NCBI RefSeq assembly: GCF_964204865.1
Contig: NC_135253.1
Coordinates: forward strand, 15,624,001-15,688,000
Length of the DNA: 64,000 bases
Direction of reading: 5' to 3'
Source: Styela clava
Taxonomy: Eukaryota
A program made the position numbers and the translations under genes. Of the stretch, positions 38,301-49,722 are shown in pieces. The number at the start of each line of letters is the position of its first letter. Position 1 is the stretch's first letter. The notes beneath the pieces are model-generated. The model searched no databases and was not told where the DNA came from. It worked only from the letters and a program-made list of their open reading frames with translations.

Positions 38301-39289
38301 ACTACGAATTTAGTCGTTCACACAAGTTATTTTTACTGTGTGACGGGGATTAATTTTAACAAAAACTATTCAGGGCTGCATTCATAATCCACTCGAGCTT
38401 GCAATTCTCATTTATTGGCTAGCAAAAATTATAGCTCATTTCTTTTATATGAATAGTTGTTTCATGCATTGAATATTGTAATAAATAAGTATATGTTATT
38501 ACAGTAGCTATAATATTTCGAAATCCCACATAGCCATACTAAATAACAAACTCTCCTGATAGAATTTCGAACATAGATGTCTTAAGTAGCGTTTTGAAAT
38601 GATCGATATCAAATCGCAATTCTGTTTGATGTGTTACTCATGTCTTACTCTACTTGGTGTGTAGATATCATCTTAGGAAATTTGCTCATGACTTGACTGA
38701 ATTTATTATATATATACATGCTATGTAATGCTTAGCATTATTCAAGTTTTGTGTATCGATCCTAAATAGGCAAATATGTTAAAATGTCAAAAACGAAAAA
38801 ATGACAGAGCTTCAATAGATTCGAATACACTTGAATACAATGACAGCAAATGTATTCAATGCATGGCCCATCGGTCGGATCCGGTCGGTAAGGCTGCCTC
38901 AGATAGAATTTAATTTTCAAAATGAAAATGACATCCAAGTAAATCATGACCATTTATATTTTTCGATTTGATTTATTGGCAGTTCTTATTCAATTCGGTA
39001 AAAACAATAGTGGTTTTATGATGCCCAGTATAGAAGCTATCTTAAAATAAATGCATAAAATAAAAACACAGAAATACCACAAGAAATCAAAATTACAGAA
39101 CTCAGGTTCAAAGGTTAGAAACTAGTTAAGATGAAAAAATTTGAGGAGATTTCTCAAGTGTTTGCACCCAGGGCTGCCGCAATCTGCAAAGTTTGAAATC
39201 AAAACTTTCTGATTTTCAAGTCGTTTTAGGTTGGTTCTGTGTGCTGAAATAGTAGAAATTTAACAAGTGATACTGATTAGAATCAGACC

Positions 39290-41141
39290 ATGCATATTAC
39301 TACCTGCGAGATGCACACATGCGGCGAGCAGTTGAGAATCATTGAAACTGGATTTCCAAATATCTCGGGGGAAACAATCTTGGAAAAGATCGCTTACATA
39401 CGAGAAAATTGCGATGATATAAGGAAGTATGTATTTCTGAAATTGCAAAGTTTGCCATATAACTTTTGCCCTCAATGTTAAACTACCAGAGAAACATAAA
39501 AAACATCACAATGAGACTAGAATCCCATAGTCAAATAATCATATCTCCCTTCCCTTGTATAGAATATCATCTTGTGGTACTCCTGAAGTATGCGCACCAA
39601 GATGTCGCATAAGCTGAACCCTAACGTGGTACACAATCTGAATTCGGGTTATGTGTCATCTTGGTGCGCATACTTCAGGAGGTCTCATCTTGTTTTATAC
39701 TGAATAAACATTTAGTACTGCCAGATTGTAGTTGGTATATTTGGCCCTGGTGGAGTTTGAAGTTGTAGTTAAACTTAATGCAAAAACTGTCATACTTCTG
39801 GAATTTATTTAAGGTTTTTGATGCATGAGCCTCGTGGACATCATGATATGTTTGGAACATTGAGAGTTGAACCAGATTTACCAAATGCAGATGCAGCATT
39901 TATATTTATACACAATGAAGGATATGGTACAATGTGTGAACATGCCATCATCGCCTTGGGAAGGTAGAATGTTATGATTAACAGTTTTGTATATTTTTAA
40001 AATACACACATATGCTTGTTTCATGCATATTTTTGTTCATTTTCACACCTGATAATTTTGGTAGAAATAGTAGTTCAGCTTGCGTGTGTGACAAAATAAA
40101 TTAGTATTTTTGGAATTGGCTTATGAGATGGGTTTTTCATCTTTTCTCTGTTTGCTGAGATAATAACCAATGTTTTCAGATACTGCGTTGATTACAATAT
40201 AGTTGAAGCAAAAGAGCCAGAAACCTTGGTCAATATTCAATGTCCATGCGGGCTTATTCCAACCTATGTTTCGTATGGTAATGGTTTATCTGGGAGACTG
40301 AGGTTTCAAAGTGTGCCATCATTTGTTTTGAAAATGGGTAAGAAGAAAATGCTGGTGTGATTTTTTTTTGTTATTCAATATGTTACTGTATACAATGTTG
40401 GGTAGACCATAGAGTCTCAGCTCAAGTCTCTCAAACGCTCGTCTGTACATACCAAGGACGAACACAATGCTATACAACACATTACATTGTACACATACCT
40501 AGATGTTAGAATATGTAATATATATAAATGGAAATCTCAATATAAAGCAGTTTTTGTGCATACCTATTTAAACAACAACATTGTCATTTTCAGATGTCAA
40601 TGTGAATGTACCAAACATTGGTATGATCACTGTATACATATCTTATGGAGGAGTATTCTATGCCTTTGTTTCTACTGACGTACTCGGTTTGACAGTCAAG
40701 GCTGGTGATGCATTGAAGGCCGTGGAAATTGGGCAAGCTGTAATGAATGCCACTAAAAAGATTGTAAGACATACCCGTAACTGTTTTGAAGCATTTAAAA
40801 ATTACCAAACTTAGATATGAAGGTATTACCTCAAATTAAACTCATATTCACAAAAAAGCCTGTAAATCGGTATTTAGGAAGGACAAGTTTTACGGAACAG
40901 GGTAACAGTATAATTATCAATACAAAAAAGTTTCCGCCATCTTCGTACATTATTTCACATCTTAGTTTTGTAAAACTGCTAATAATGCACAAACATCATA
41001 GGTTAAGGTTGAACACCCGGAAAATGAAGATCTTGGATTCTTATATGGCACTATAATATATGATAGAACAGAATTAAAATCAAAGGATTTGATTCGACAA
41101 ATGATAGTGTTTGCGGATCGTGAGGTAGGTGAAATTACACC

Positions 41142-41177
<36 letters not shown>

Positions 41178-41569
41178 CTATCAACAACTATTGTCTGGTC
41201 TCTTTTATTTAGTAGTTACATTGAAATTGGTGATTTTTTTAAGTTGGATAGAAGCCCATGTGGTTCAGGAACAGCAGCTCATATTGCTCTGATACACGCC
41301 AAAGGTCTACTGGATGGTAATTGTCAAAAAACATTCCAAAGTATCTTCAATGATTCAAAGTAAGTACTCTGATGTCTAAAAAGTTATTTAGTGTCCAATT
41401 GGTTCTCAATAACTCTTACAATCACTAGCTCATATACGTTTAAATTTTTCCAAGGTTTACTGGAAAGGTTGTCAAAAAAGCCAAATGCGGAAACTTCGGT
41501 CCAGTATTCGAAGAGAAAAGCGACTTTTTAAAAACGTGTCGAACAACAAGAACAAGAACAACAACATAA
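39290..41569 (+). pseudogene. L3HYPDH-like: Proline racemase / L3HYPDH family copy C, C-terminus replaced by repeat sequence (probable pseudogene or aberrant allele)
   Basis: Exons 39290-39426, 39814-39963, 40180-40337, 40594-40763, 41002-41124, 41244-41359, 41455 onward. Motifs MHTCGEQ, EPRGHHDMFG, HNEGYGTMCEH, LYGTI, VFADRE-LDRSPCGSGT. After KCGNF the frame runs into a repeat and stops at 41567-41569. Confidence 0.85.
39580..39681. mobile_element. Small MITE in intron 1 of gene C
   Basis: Perfect 25-bp TIR CTCCTGAAGTATGCGCACCAAGATG / CATCTTGGTGCGCATACTTCAGGAG; related to the 6757-6988 element. Confidence 0.75.
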
Positions 41570-41609
41570 TATTGAAACGATCGTTATGTCCACTTCGTGT
41601 CCAATAAAT

Positions 41610-42172
41610 TGGAATTTAGTCGTCCGGACAATTTATTTGAACTGTGTGACGTGGATTAATTTTATTAAAATCTATTCATAGCTGCACACAAAATTCATTT
41701 GAGCTCGAGAATCTCATTCGCTGGCCAGCAAAATTTCAAAGTGAACCATCTTTCATATATTATCATAAGCTATTGTGAATAAGTCTACCAGACAGTTTTA
41801 AAAGACTATTATAGTACTGCTTACAGTTAACTTGTGAAGACACTGTCAATGATACAGTGCGTATATATCTAGAAAAGATAAAATGTGCTCATTGTAGCTC
41901 ATTTCTTTTATATAAATAGTTGTTTCATGCGTTAAATATTGTAATAAATAAGTCTATGCTATTACATTAGCTATAATACTTCGAAATCCCACATACTAAA
42001 TAACAAACGCTCCAGATAGAATTTCGAACATAGATTAACTTCTTAAGTAGCGTTTTATGATCATTATGAATGATCATTATCAAGTCGCGATTCTGTTTTA
42101 TGTCGTATTCTTAAAATTACTTGGTGTGAAGATATCATCTGAAGCAAATTTGCTCATGACTTGACTGAATTT
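41610..42172 (+). repeat. Diverged direct copy of the upstream region of gene C (~38305-38705)
   Basis: Shared GAATTTAGTCGT, TAGCTCATTTCTTTTATAT, GATAGAATTTCGAACATAGAT and TTTGCTCATGACTTGACTGAATTT in the same order. Confidence 0.8.
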
Positions 42173-42596
42173 TACCGCTACCTTACTTTGTACAGGTTAT
42201 GCAATCGAATGTTGTGTTGAGTAAAAATCAATGAAACAAGAAATATCAAACCATCTATATGGGTTCTCATTGTAACCTTCTTTAAAATATTACTAGTTTT
42301 GATGATCAAGCCATAGCTTTTGAGTTTGAATTATAACAAATTTGTTGGCAGTACTGTATAATAAGCGATATGTATATATATATATATATACAAATTATCA
42401 CCAAGTCTAGTATACTGTTTTATGCTCAATATTTGTATTTAAATGACGTTAGATGATTTATTATCCAAATTCACAACAAAGTGCCAAGACAAAAATTTTG
42501 TTAAATGCTTTACATTTAGTATTTGGTATTAATTTGTTTCGAAAAATTTTGACAAAATATATATTTACAATCAAACATTACATTAACAATTATACA

Positions 42597-42997
42597 TGCG
42601 CCCATCGCCTAAATTTGGCAAAACAAGTGGGCCTATCCAAAATCAGTTGGACCAGGGGTGCGCCCATCGCCTAAATTCGGCAAAACAAGTGGGCTTATCC
42701 AAAAGCAGTTGGATCAGGGGTGCGCCCTTCGCCTAAATTCGGCAAAACAAGTGGACCTATCCAAAGTCAGTTGGATCAGGGGTGCGCCCATCGCCTAAAT
42801 TCGGCAAAACAAGTGGGCCTATCCAAAAGCAGTTGGATCAGGGGTGCGCCCATTGGCTAAATTCGGCAAAATAAGTGGGCCTATCCAAAAGCAGTTGGAT
42901 CAGGGGTGCGCCCATCGCCTAAATTCGGCAAAACAAGTGGGCCTATCCAAAAGCAGTTGGATCAGCGGTGCGCCCATCACCTAAATTCGGCAAAACA
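42597..42997 (+). repeat. 62-bp minisatellite, ~6.5 copies, at the start of duplication copy 2
   Basis: Units at 42611, 42673, 42735, 42797, 42859, 42921, 42983; array begins mid-unit. Confidence 0.97.
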
Positions 42998-45584
42998 ATG
43001 CACTGATACAATAATGAAGTATATACTTATATCGGCGGCAACATACGTAGGTTCGAATCATGGCTGGATTAGACGATGAGACACCCCAGGCTTTACTAAT
43101 TGTAAGACCGCTCTGTAATAATGGTGTCACAGCAAATCTGGTAAAACAACATAATGGGGATTTTGAGTTTATGTATTATGGCATCACAAGTACTGTCATT
43201 AATTGCATGAATAATAAAACTTAAGCTACAGGCAAGATACATACGTACAAAATGCCATCAGAAAATCCGACATCATAATAGTCGTTTTTAGTGAGATCTG
43301 ACATAGTAAAAATTATATATAATAATCCACACATTCTATGTTGCTTAGATTAATTAGTATATCGACATTTTTTTTATAAAATAAAGACTTTTAATATAAA
43401 TAAAAATATGAGATCTATAAAGCATTTTTTACAATTTAAAAAATATATAAAATTAATAATAGTTCAAAATTGATTGTCAAGGCCCAAGTTTGAAGATCCT
43501 AGGCTTTATCCTACTTTTTCTTATGGTATATCCGATCCTGGTTCGAATTCCATGAGTTATGTGACGATGTGCAAGAGGATTGCTGGAATCCTCGCCGCTA
43601 CATGGTGGCTCACGTGGCATATCGGTTGCGTCTTCCTCCGCCAACCTCGTTTGCAGACACATTGCGCTACAGCTTGAGAAGGCGTGCATGGAAAAGTCGT
43701 CAATATTTGTGGCCTTTCGAAGGGTTCATTGCGAATAAGAAACAATTGTCAGGTTCTTTCATCGATTTTTCTTGTTCTAGTTTATTCTAATTATTTATTA
43801 CAAAAAAATCAAATAATACAGCCATTAAAAAAAATCAGGCAACAAAACTTGATTTAAAACAATTATTCAAAAACAATTCTTTTTGCACAAATGCCCAGTT
43901 ATTTGTGATCGACATCTATTGCAACTTCAGTGTCCAAGAAAGAACCTGAGTGGTGATATCAAACGGGTACTTCACATTCACTCCACTGTATGGTTTCTAT
44001 CTGCGAATTTGATTTCAATTATTTTGCAATAGTCTACATCTACATAATATACTACACATACTAGTGGTGATTATAGAAGAATTTTTTTTTATCCATCCGA
44101 ACTACAATTACAAGCAAAACAGGAGAACGCTATCGCGACTGGTTCATTTAAAACTTGGTATATAAATATAACAAACCATAAATAATACGAAGCCATGAAC
44201 AGCAATCAATACGGCCTTTGATAAATAATCAGCGTAAGATTATCATCGAGATTACGGTCATATGCTACGTTTCTTTTGTTCACTCAAAATAAACCTATTG
44301 GAGTGTTTAATTTTAAAAAAGAGAGTAAACGCTGTTCTAGGTTGTGGTTGATTAGATGTGTCTTGATTTTTCTATGCATTCTTCTAAAATTGCTCAGTGG
44401 ACAAGCAGCTATTCATAATTTAAAGGTCAATATCTCTAAAAGATGGTAGTGTTTCCGATTCTCTATTGCCTATACGGTGGACTTGGTCAACCTGCGATGC
44501 TAAATTACAAACTCGTTTGTAGCACAAAGTGGGCAAGCAAAACTGATCATTTCCACCAGAGTAATGGAGTAAGATTTTACCTTCAAAATATATTTTTTGC
44601 AATTGGCATTGGGAATATGGCATCAGACCTTTTTTATACCTGATTTGGTGGACAAGTAACTTATGTACTACCAATTCATTTCTGTGTTCGACGATCGAGA
44701 AAATGTCAACTTTTATTAAAAGAAGTAAATTTGGATAGACTTGCTATTGGAACATCATAACCGTTAATAGGGCGGAAGTCGTTCGCATATCAAACAGCAA
44801 AATAGTATTATGTCCTTTGAGCTGAATATGGATAGCAGCCTATCCCGAAAATGCTCTCTGAAGCCGATGCATTTCCCAGCATGTATGTTCAAAGAACTTG
44901 AGTCGTTGGCTAAACAAACGAAATACAAGTTAGGCACCTTTTTTTTTGGGGGGGGGGGGGGTTAATATAACAAATGGAAAATTTAACAAAAGGATTTTTA
45001 ATATATGTTGAATCATATTCAATAGTCTAACAACAAAATAATTGACATTAGAATAGTACAAATCTTGATAATCTGTGTGAAGGTGTGAAGACACGAGTGA
45101 ATAGCAGGAAATGATTTATCAAAGCGTCGTCTGTTTGCAATTTCGACATCACGACAGGAAATAAACACGGGAAGATCAATTACAGCAGAAGGAAAAGATG
45201 TCAAAAAAATATATGTAAATTGAGAAATCGCAACTCGTTAACGTGTACTGATTATTTAGGATACTTGCAGGTTAAAACTGAAGACACTCGCTCAGATTGA
45301 TGTGTTTATTATATATACAAAAAGGTTGAAGAATATTCATCTTTCAAACAAGCAGCGATTCAATTGTACGTTTTTTAAAAAGTCGGTAATTGGAAGTAGT
45401 GCAACATTACATTTCCAGCACTGAGTTGTTAAAGAAGGAAGTAAGGTTTAATATAACATTGAATACGCAAATTTTGTGGGTGAAATGAAATTAATTTAAG
45501 TCATTATACATTTTGGATTCATGTATATAAATATATATTTTATGGTGCAAATAAATAAATAGAAATAACATATATATTAAAGAA

Positions 45585-48500
45585 ATGTCTGCTAATAACG
45601 GTTTTATCGAACAAGAATTTGAAAAAATATTCAAATCGGAAGAATTGTTGAAAAAATGCGCAAACTCATCCATCGAAGTAGCCAAGAAGCAGAGCTTTTT
45701 CTTTCAGTGGTATGACAAGTCAAGAAAACCTGTAAGTATTTGGCGTGTGCTTAGCACAGTAAAATAAGTTAATGTTTTAGAATAAAATTAGGTAACAATT
45801 TAATTACTTGGAAATTCGCTGCATCCTAATTGTACCAGATAACATTATTTTAAACCTTTATAAAATTTCCTGGTAAGCACCAGCTTATATAGGCCTACAG
45901 TAGCATTTTATTGAGACACCCATATTCAGCATCAGGCAGGTCAATACATGAATAATGTTTGCTGCTGGTTCTCTTCACAGCACAATAAGATGGCTCCATT
46001 TTGTTTGTTTCCATCGCGAATACCCAGAAATGTTATTCGAAGAGTAAACCAAGTTTGCCCAGAATTTCATAAACTTCATCATAATGTCAGCTTTGATTTC
46101 GATTTCGTAAAGAAAGGATTGGACAGGTAAATTCTACTCTGTTTGCGTTTGTATAAATCACGGTAATATGATAAAGTTATGTTTAGTCATAAATTACATA
46201 TATATTGTTATAGAGTTAAATATTTACTTTTAGTGTTACGAAAGCGGACTGGTTCGTTGAAAAAATGTTTGGCATATACGAAAGAGTGTCTAAATCAGTC
46301 AATCGTGAGGTAAGTCAAATGGTTATTCTGGTCCTCCAAGATGTACGGTAAGTGTCGAATGTCCGTATCAGGTGTGGGTAGTTCTACTTGACAGCAAGTA
46401 TCTATCATGACAAGTTTGTTTGTGATTCATCCCTTTATGTGTAAAAAGTGATGCGTTGCAATGGTATTTTTTCAACTTCTGTACCCAAAAAAAGAATTTA
46501 GTTATAGCACTTTTTACGATGTGATGATTTAAATAAATATACGCATGTGTTGTTGTTAACAATTTCTACAAATTTATCGTGTAATTGAACAACTCATTAT
46601 GATTTATCTGTTATTTAATACATATGGTAAATAATTTACATTCCAGGAACGGTATGAGCTATCAATAACAAGAGCAGATTACATGGTGACAAAGACTGCT
46701 GAAGGAATCCAACTTCCCAAACTTCTGGAATGGGGTGTTTCAGGATGGGGATTTGGTGTAGAAAGTTTTCTCAAGCAAATTTACAAACGCTCCTTACTGG
46801 AAGCGAGAATTCAATTTGAACAAGGTTTTACTGGCAGGAATATGACGCTTGGATTGGCTGAAACGTTTATCAAAAGTTGGAAAATATACAACAAGTCAAA
46901 CACCGGAATATTGATTGTTGTCAGCGAAGAATATTTTTGCCTCATGGAATGTCACAAATTGAAAGAAAAAATATTAGAAATTGACCAGGATGTTTTTGTA
47001 GACATTTTAACACTACAGGAAGTGAGCAAGAATCTTACACTTGGAGGTCAGAAAGAGTTGTTAGTGTAAGTAATGTATCAACATACATGTTATTATGCTG
47101 AGAAATGCTTCTTCTGTACAAAAATATTGGTAATTTTTGAAGGATTAATTAATAGCGATATAGTGATCATCTTTAGTTTCAGAAGTCTGTTATGGGCTTT
47201 GAATTTATATGTCATATAAAAAATTAATACTATCAACCTAAGTCGCATTTTAATAAAAAACACAATTACAAAAACCGACTTTGTCTATAATTTGTGGTAC
47301 ATTGCAAATACTGTATGCTCATTTGAATATAGTCTATAAATGTTATCAATAAAGTGATTTTATATAGTCTAAAAGAGGCGACATTTTTAGAAATGGAACA
47401 GAGTATGGAGTTGTTTTTCTTCTCACGGGATTTGAAGAATTTGAATATCAAACTGAACAGGTATGTTGCTTTTATAACTATACATTTACCATCGATGGTA
47501 TTTTTATGTACGATTTTTTCTCAGAAATGCATGTTGGTAATAAAGCTATATAAAGTTGAGAGAATGTTTGCAAGCGTCTATTTCACATATTTATGAATTT
47601 TTTCAACTGTTTTTTTAAACTCAGGATTGGATCGCCCGTGAGCTGATGGAATATAGCACTGCTATTTTGTGTCCAAATATTTGCCATTCGATTGTGGAGC
47701 TAAATAAAATTATGGAAATTATGTCAAGACCCAAACATATGGAAAAATACGTTGACGATTCGGAGGCTGGTCTCATCAGGAATACTCTTGTTGAATATCG
47801 AACTCTAGAACAGGTAAATATCTTAATGTTCAAAATATGTGACAAAACGCAGATGGAGTAATTTTCATGTGATACATTGATATTCAATTTATTCTGTTTG
47901 AACTGTTGCTCATTCAAAAAGGCAAATTGCAACCACGAAGTTATTCTTAAGATCGATAAGTATGTTGATAGGTATTTGTCTGTTTGTTTGTTTGTTTGTC
48001 GGTTAGATACACGCAATATCTCACGAAAGCGAGGTTGATTCTGCTCCAAATTTTGCATGTGCATTCATCATTGTTCGGAACAGAAGCCTATCGATTTTAG
48101 ATGGATTATGTCGTATAATTAGCAAGTTAATTAGCAATTAATTAATTAGTGATGGGACACACGGTGTCACTATGGAGTAAGACCACTGTTTTGGGACATC
48201 CCCTAACCTCCGATCGATAAGTCCTCGGTTTCCAACCGAATTCTAGTTGAAACGTTGCATCGTTCATAATATCTTTTATTTGATTGCGTTATATTTTCAG
48301 GGCATGGTAGGCGACATGAATGCAAAACTGGGAATCACGAATCCCCACGAATACGTGTTAAAAGATCAGAGAGAGGGCGGAGGTGAAATTTTTGTTTAAA
48401 ACAAAGCAAGTGAATAAAATAAAAATGGAATAAACCTTTGACTGCTCATTGAAGTGAAGCATTGCAAAAAGAACGTGAATCCTCCATTGGCTCAATTATT

Positions 48501-49722
48501 TATAGAACCTAAAATTCTGTGAAGTCTAGTTATTTTCATATACGACGAAAGGACAACACGTGCCTGTTGACAATGTGGGTGATATAATAAGTTATTACAA
48601 AGCAAATTGCATTCATGAATTTAGTTCTTTAATCTTGTTTTCAGTAAAATACTTTCGTGAAGACGTTAAGAATATGCTGAAGAAATATCAAGGCACGCAA
48701 CAAAGGTATTTTTAGTATAACTAGATTTGAACATTACTCTTGTCTTGACTATTTTACCAGAATGTCTCTTTGGGGGTCCACGATGACTGCACAGGGGGTC
48801 CGCAACGAAATGCAAAGGCTCTGATCGATCCCTAATGATTGATATTAATCAAAAGGCCATTGCATCTTATTGGTTGAGTGTTGCGGACTAATATCCATTG
48901 TTGTCCGAAAAGGCATTTACAATTTTATTGACTTTTGCAACGATCTACATATGTGAAGAAGCATTTTCAGCTTTACCCATATAATGACAAAATACAGGTC
49001 GAGACTTGCCGTGGACTCGGACCTACGAGTTTGCTTGTCACAATGTCGTTTGTGTTGTAAATGAAATATTATCCTTCCTCGTTGGTTTGGCACAGAAATT
49101 GATACGGCTTATTATTGGGGTCCCCGTAGCCTAATAAGTTTGGAAAACTCTGTATTTGACAATAACATTTAACAGATTATAATGTATATCAGCAGCACTT
49201 AGTAAAATAACAAAAAGATTGTGTTTTATTTGAGGGGCCAATATATTCTCGTGGATCATATCAAACCAGTTATTGGAAAAAACGTTATGATTTTTTCGGA
49301 TGAAAATCCAGATCTTACTGTTGTAAATACCGTCACAGAAATTTCTTCATTCGGAGCCTTCCTCACGTAAGTTACATCATATATCGTTTTTAATATTTAG
49401 AAAAAAAACTTTTAATGTTCCCATGATATGTTATGTCCACGTGTGAAAAAGCTTTAGCTATGGAAAATATGCGGCATACATCGAAATATATAAATTTTCC
49501 GATCGTGTTATGGTCATAAATAGGACTTTTTTTCAGTATATAGAGCATAGATAGGTCGTGGAGCTCACTAATTTGTACTTGATTTTTTTCTTTTGCAGTA
49601 AAGGAAGAAATATCAGAATAAACGAATGCTTTGGGAACATTTCCAGGACGAAGCAATATGGAGTTGACGCAATCAGCACATCTAAAGGCAATTTTGCTTT
49701 GGATCTCATATTAACTACATGA
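45585..49722 (+). CDS. GSS-like: Divergent glutathione synthetase-like ATP-grasp protein, copy D'
   Basis: Exons 45585-45731, 45981-46126, 46234-46309, 46647-47065, 47391-47460, 47625-47813, 48301-48382, 48645-48705, 49235-49366, 49599-49722; about 4 aa differences from D. Confidence 0.9.
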
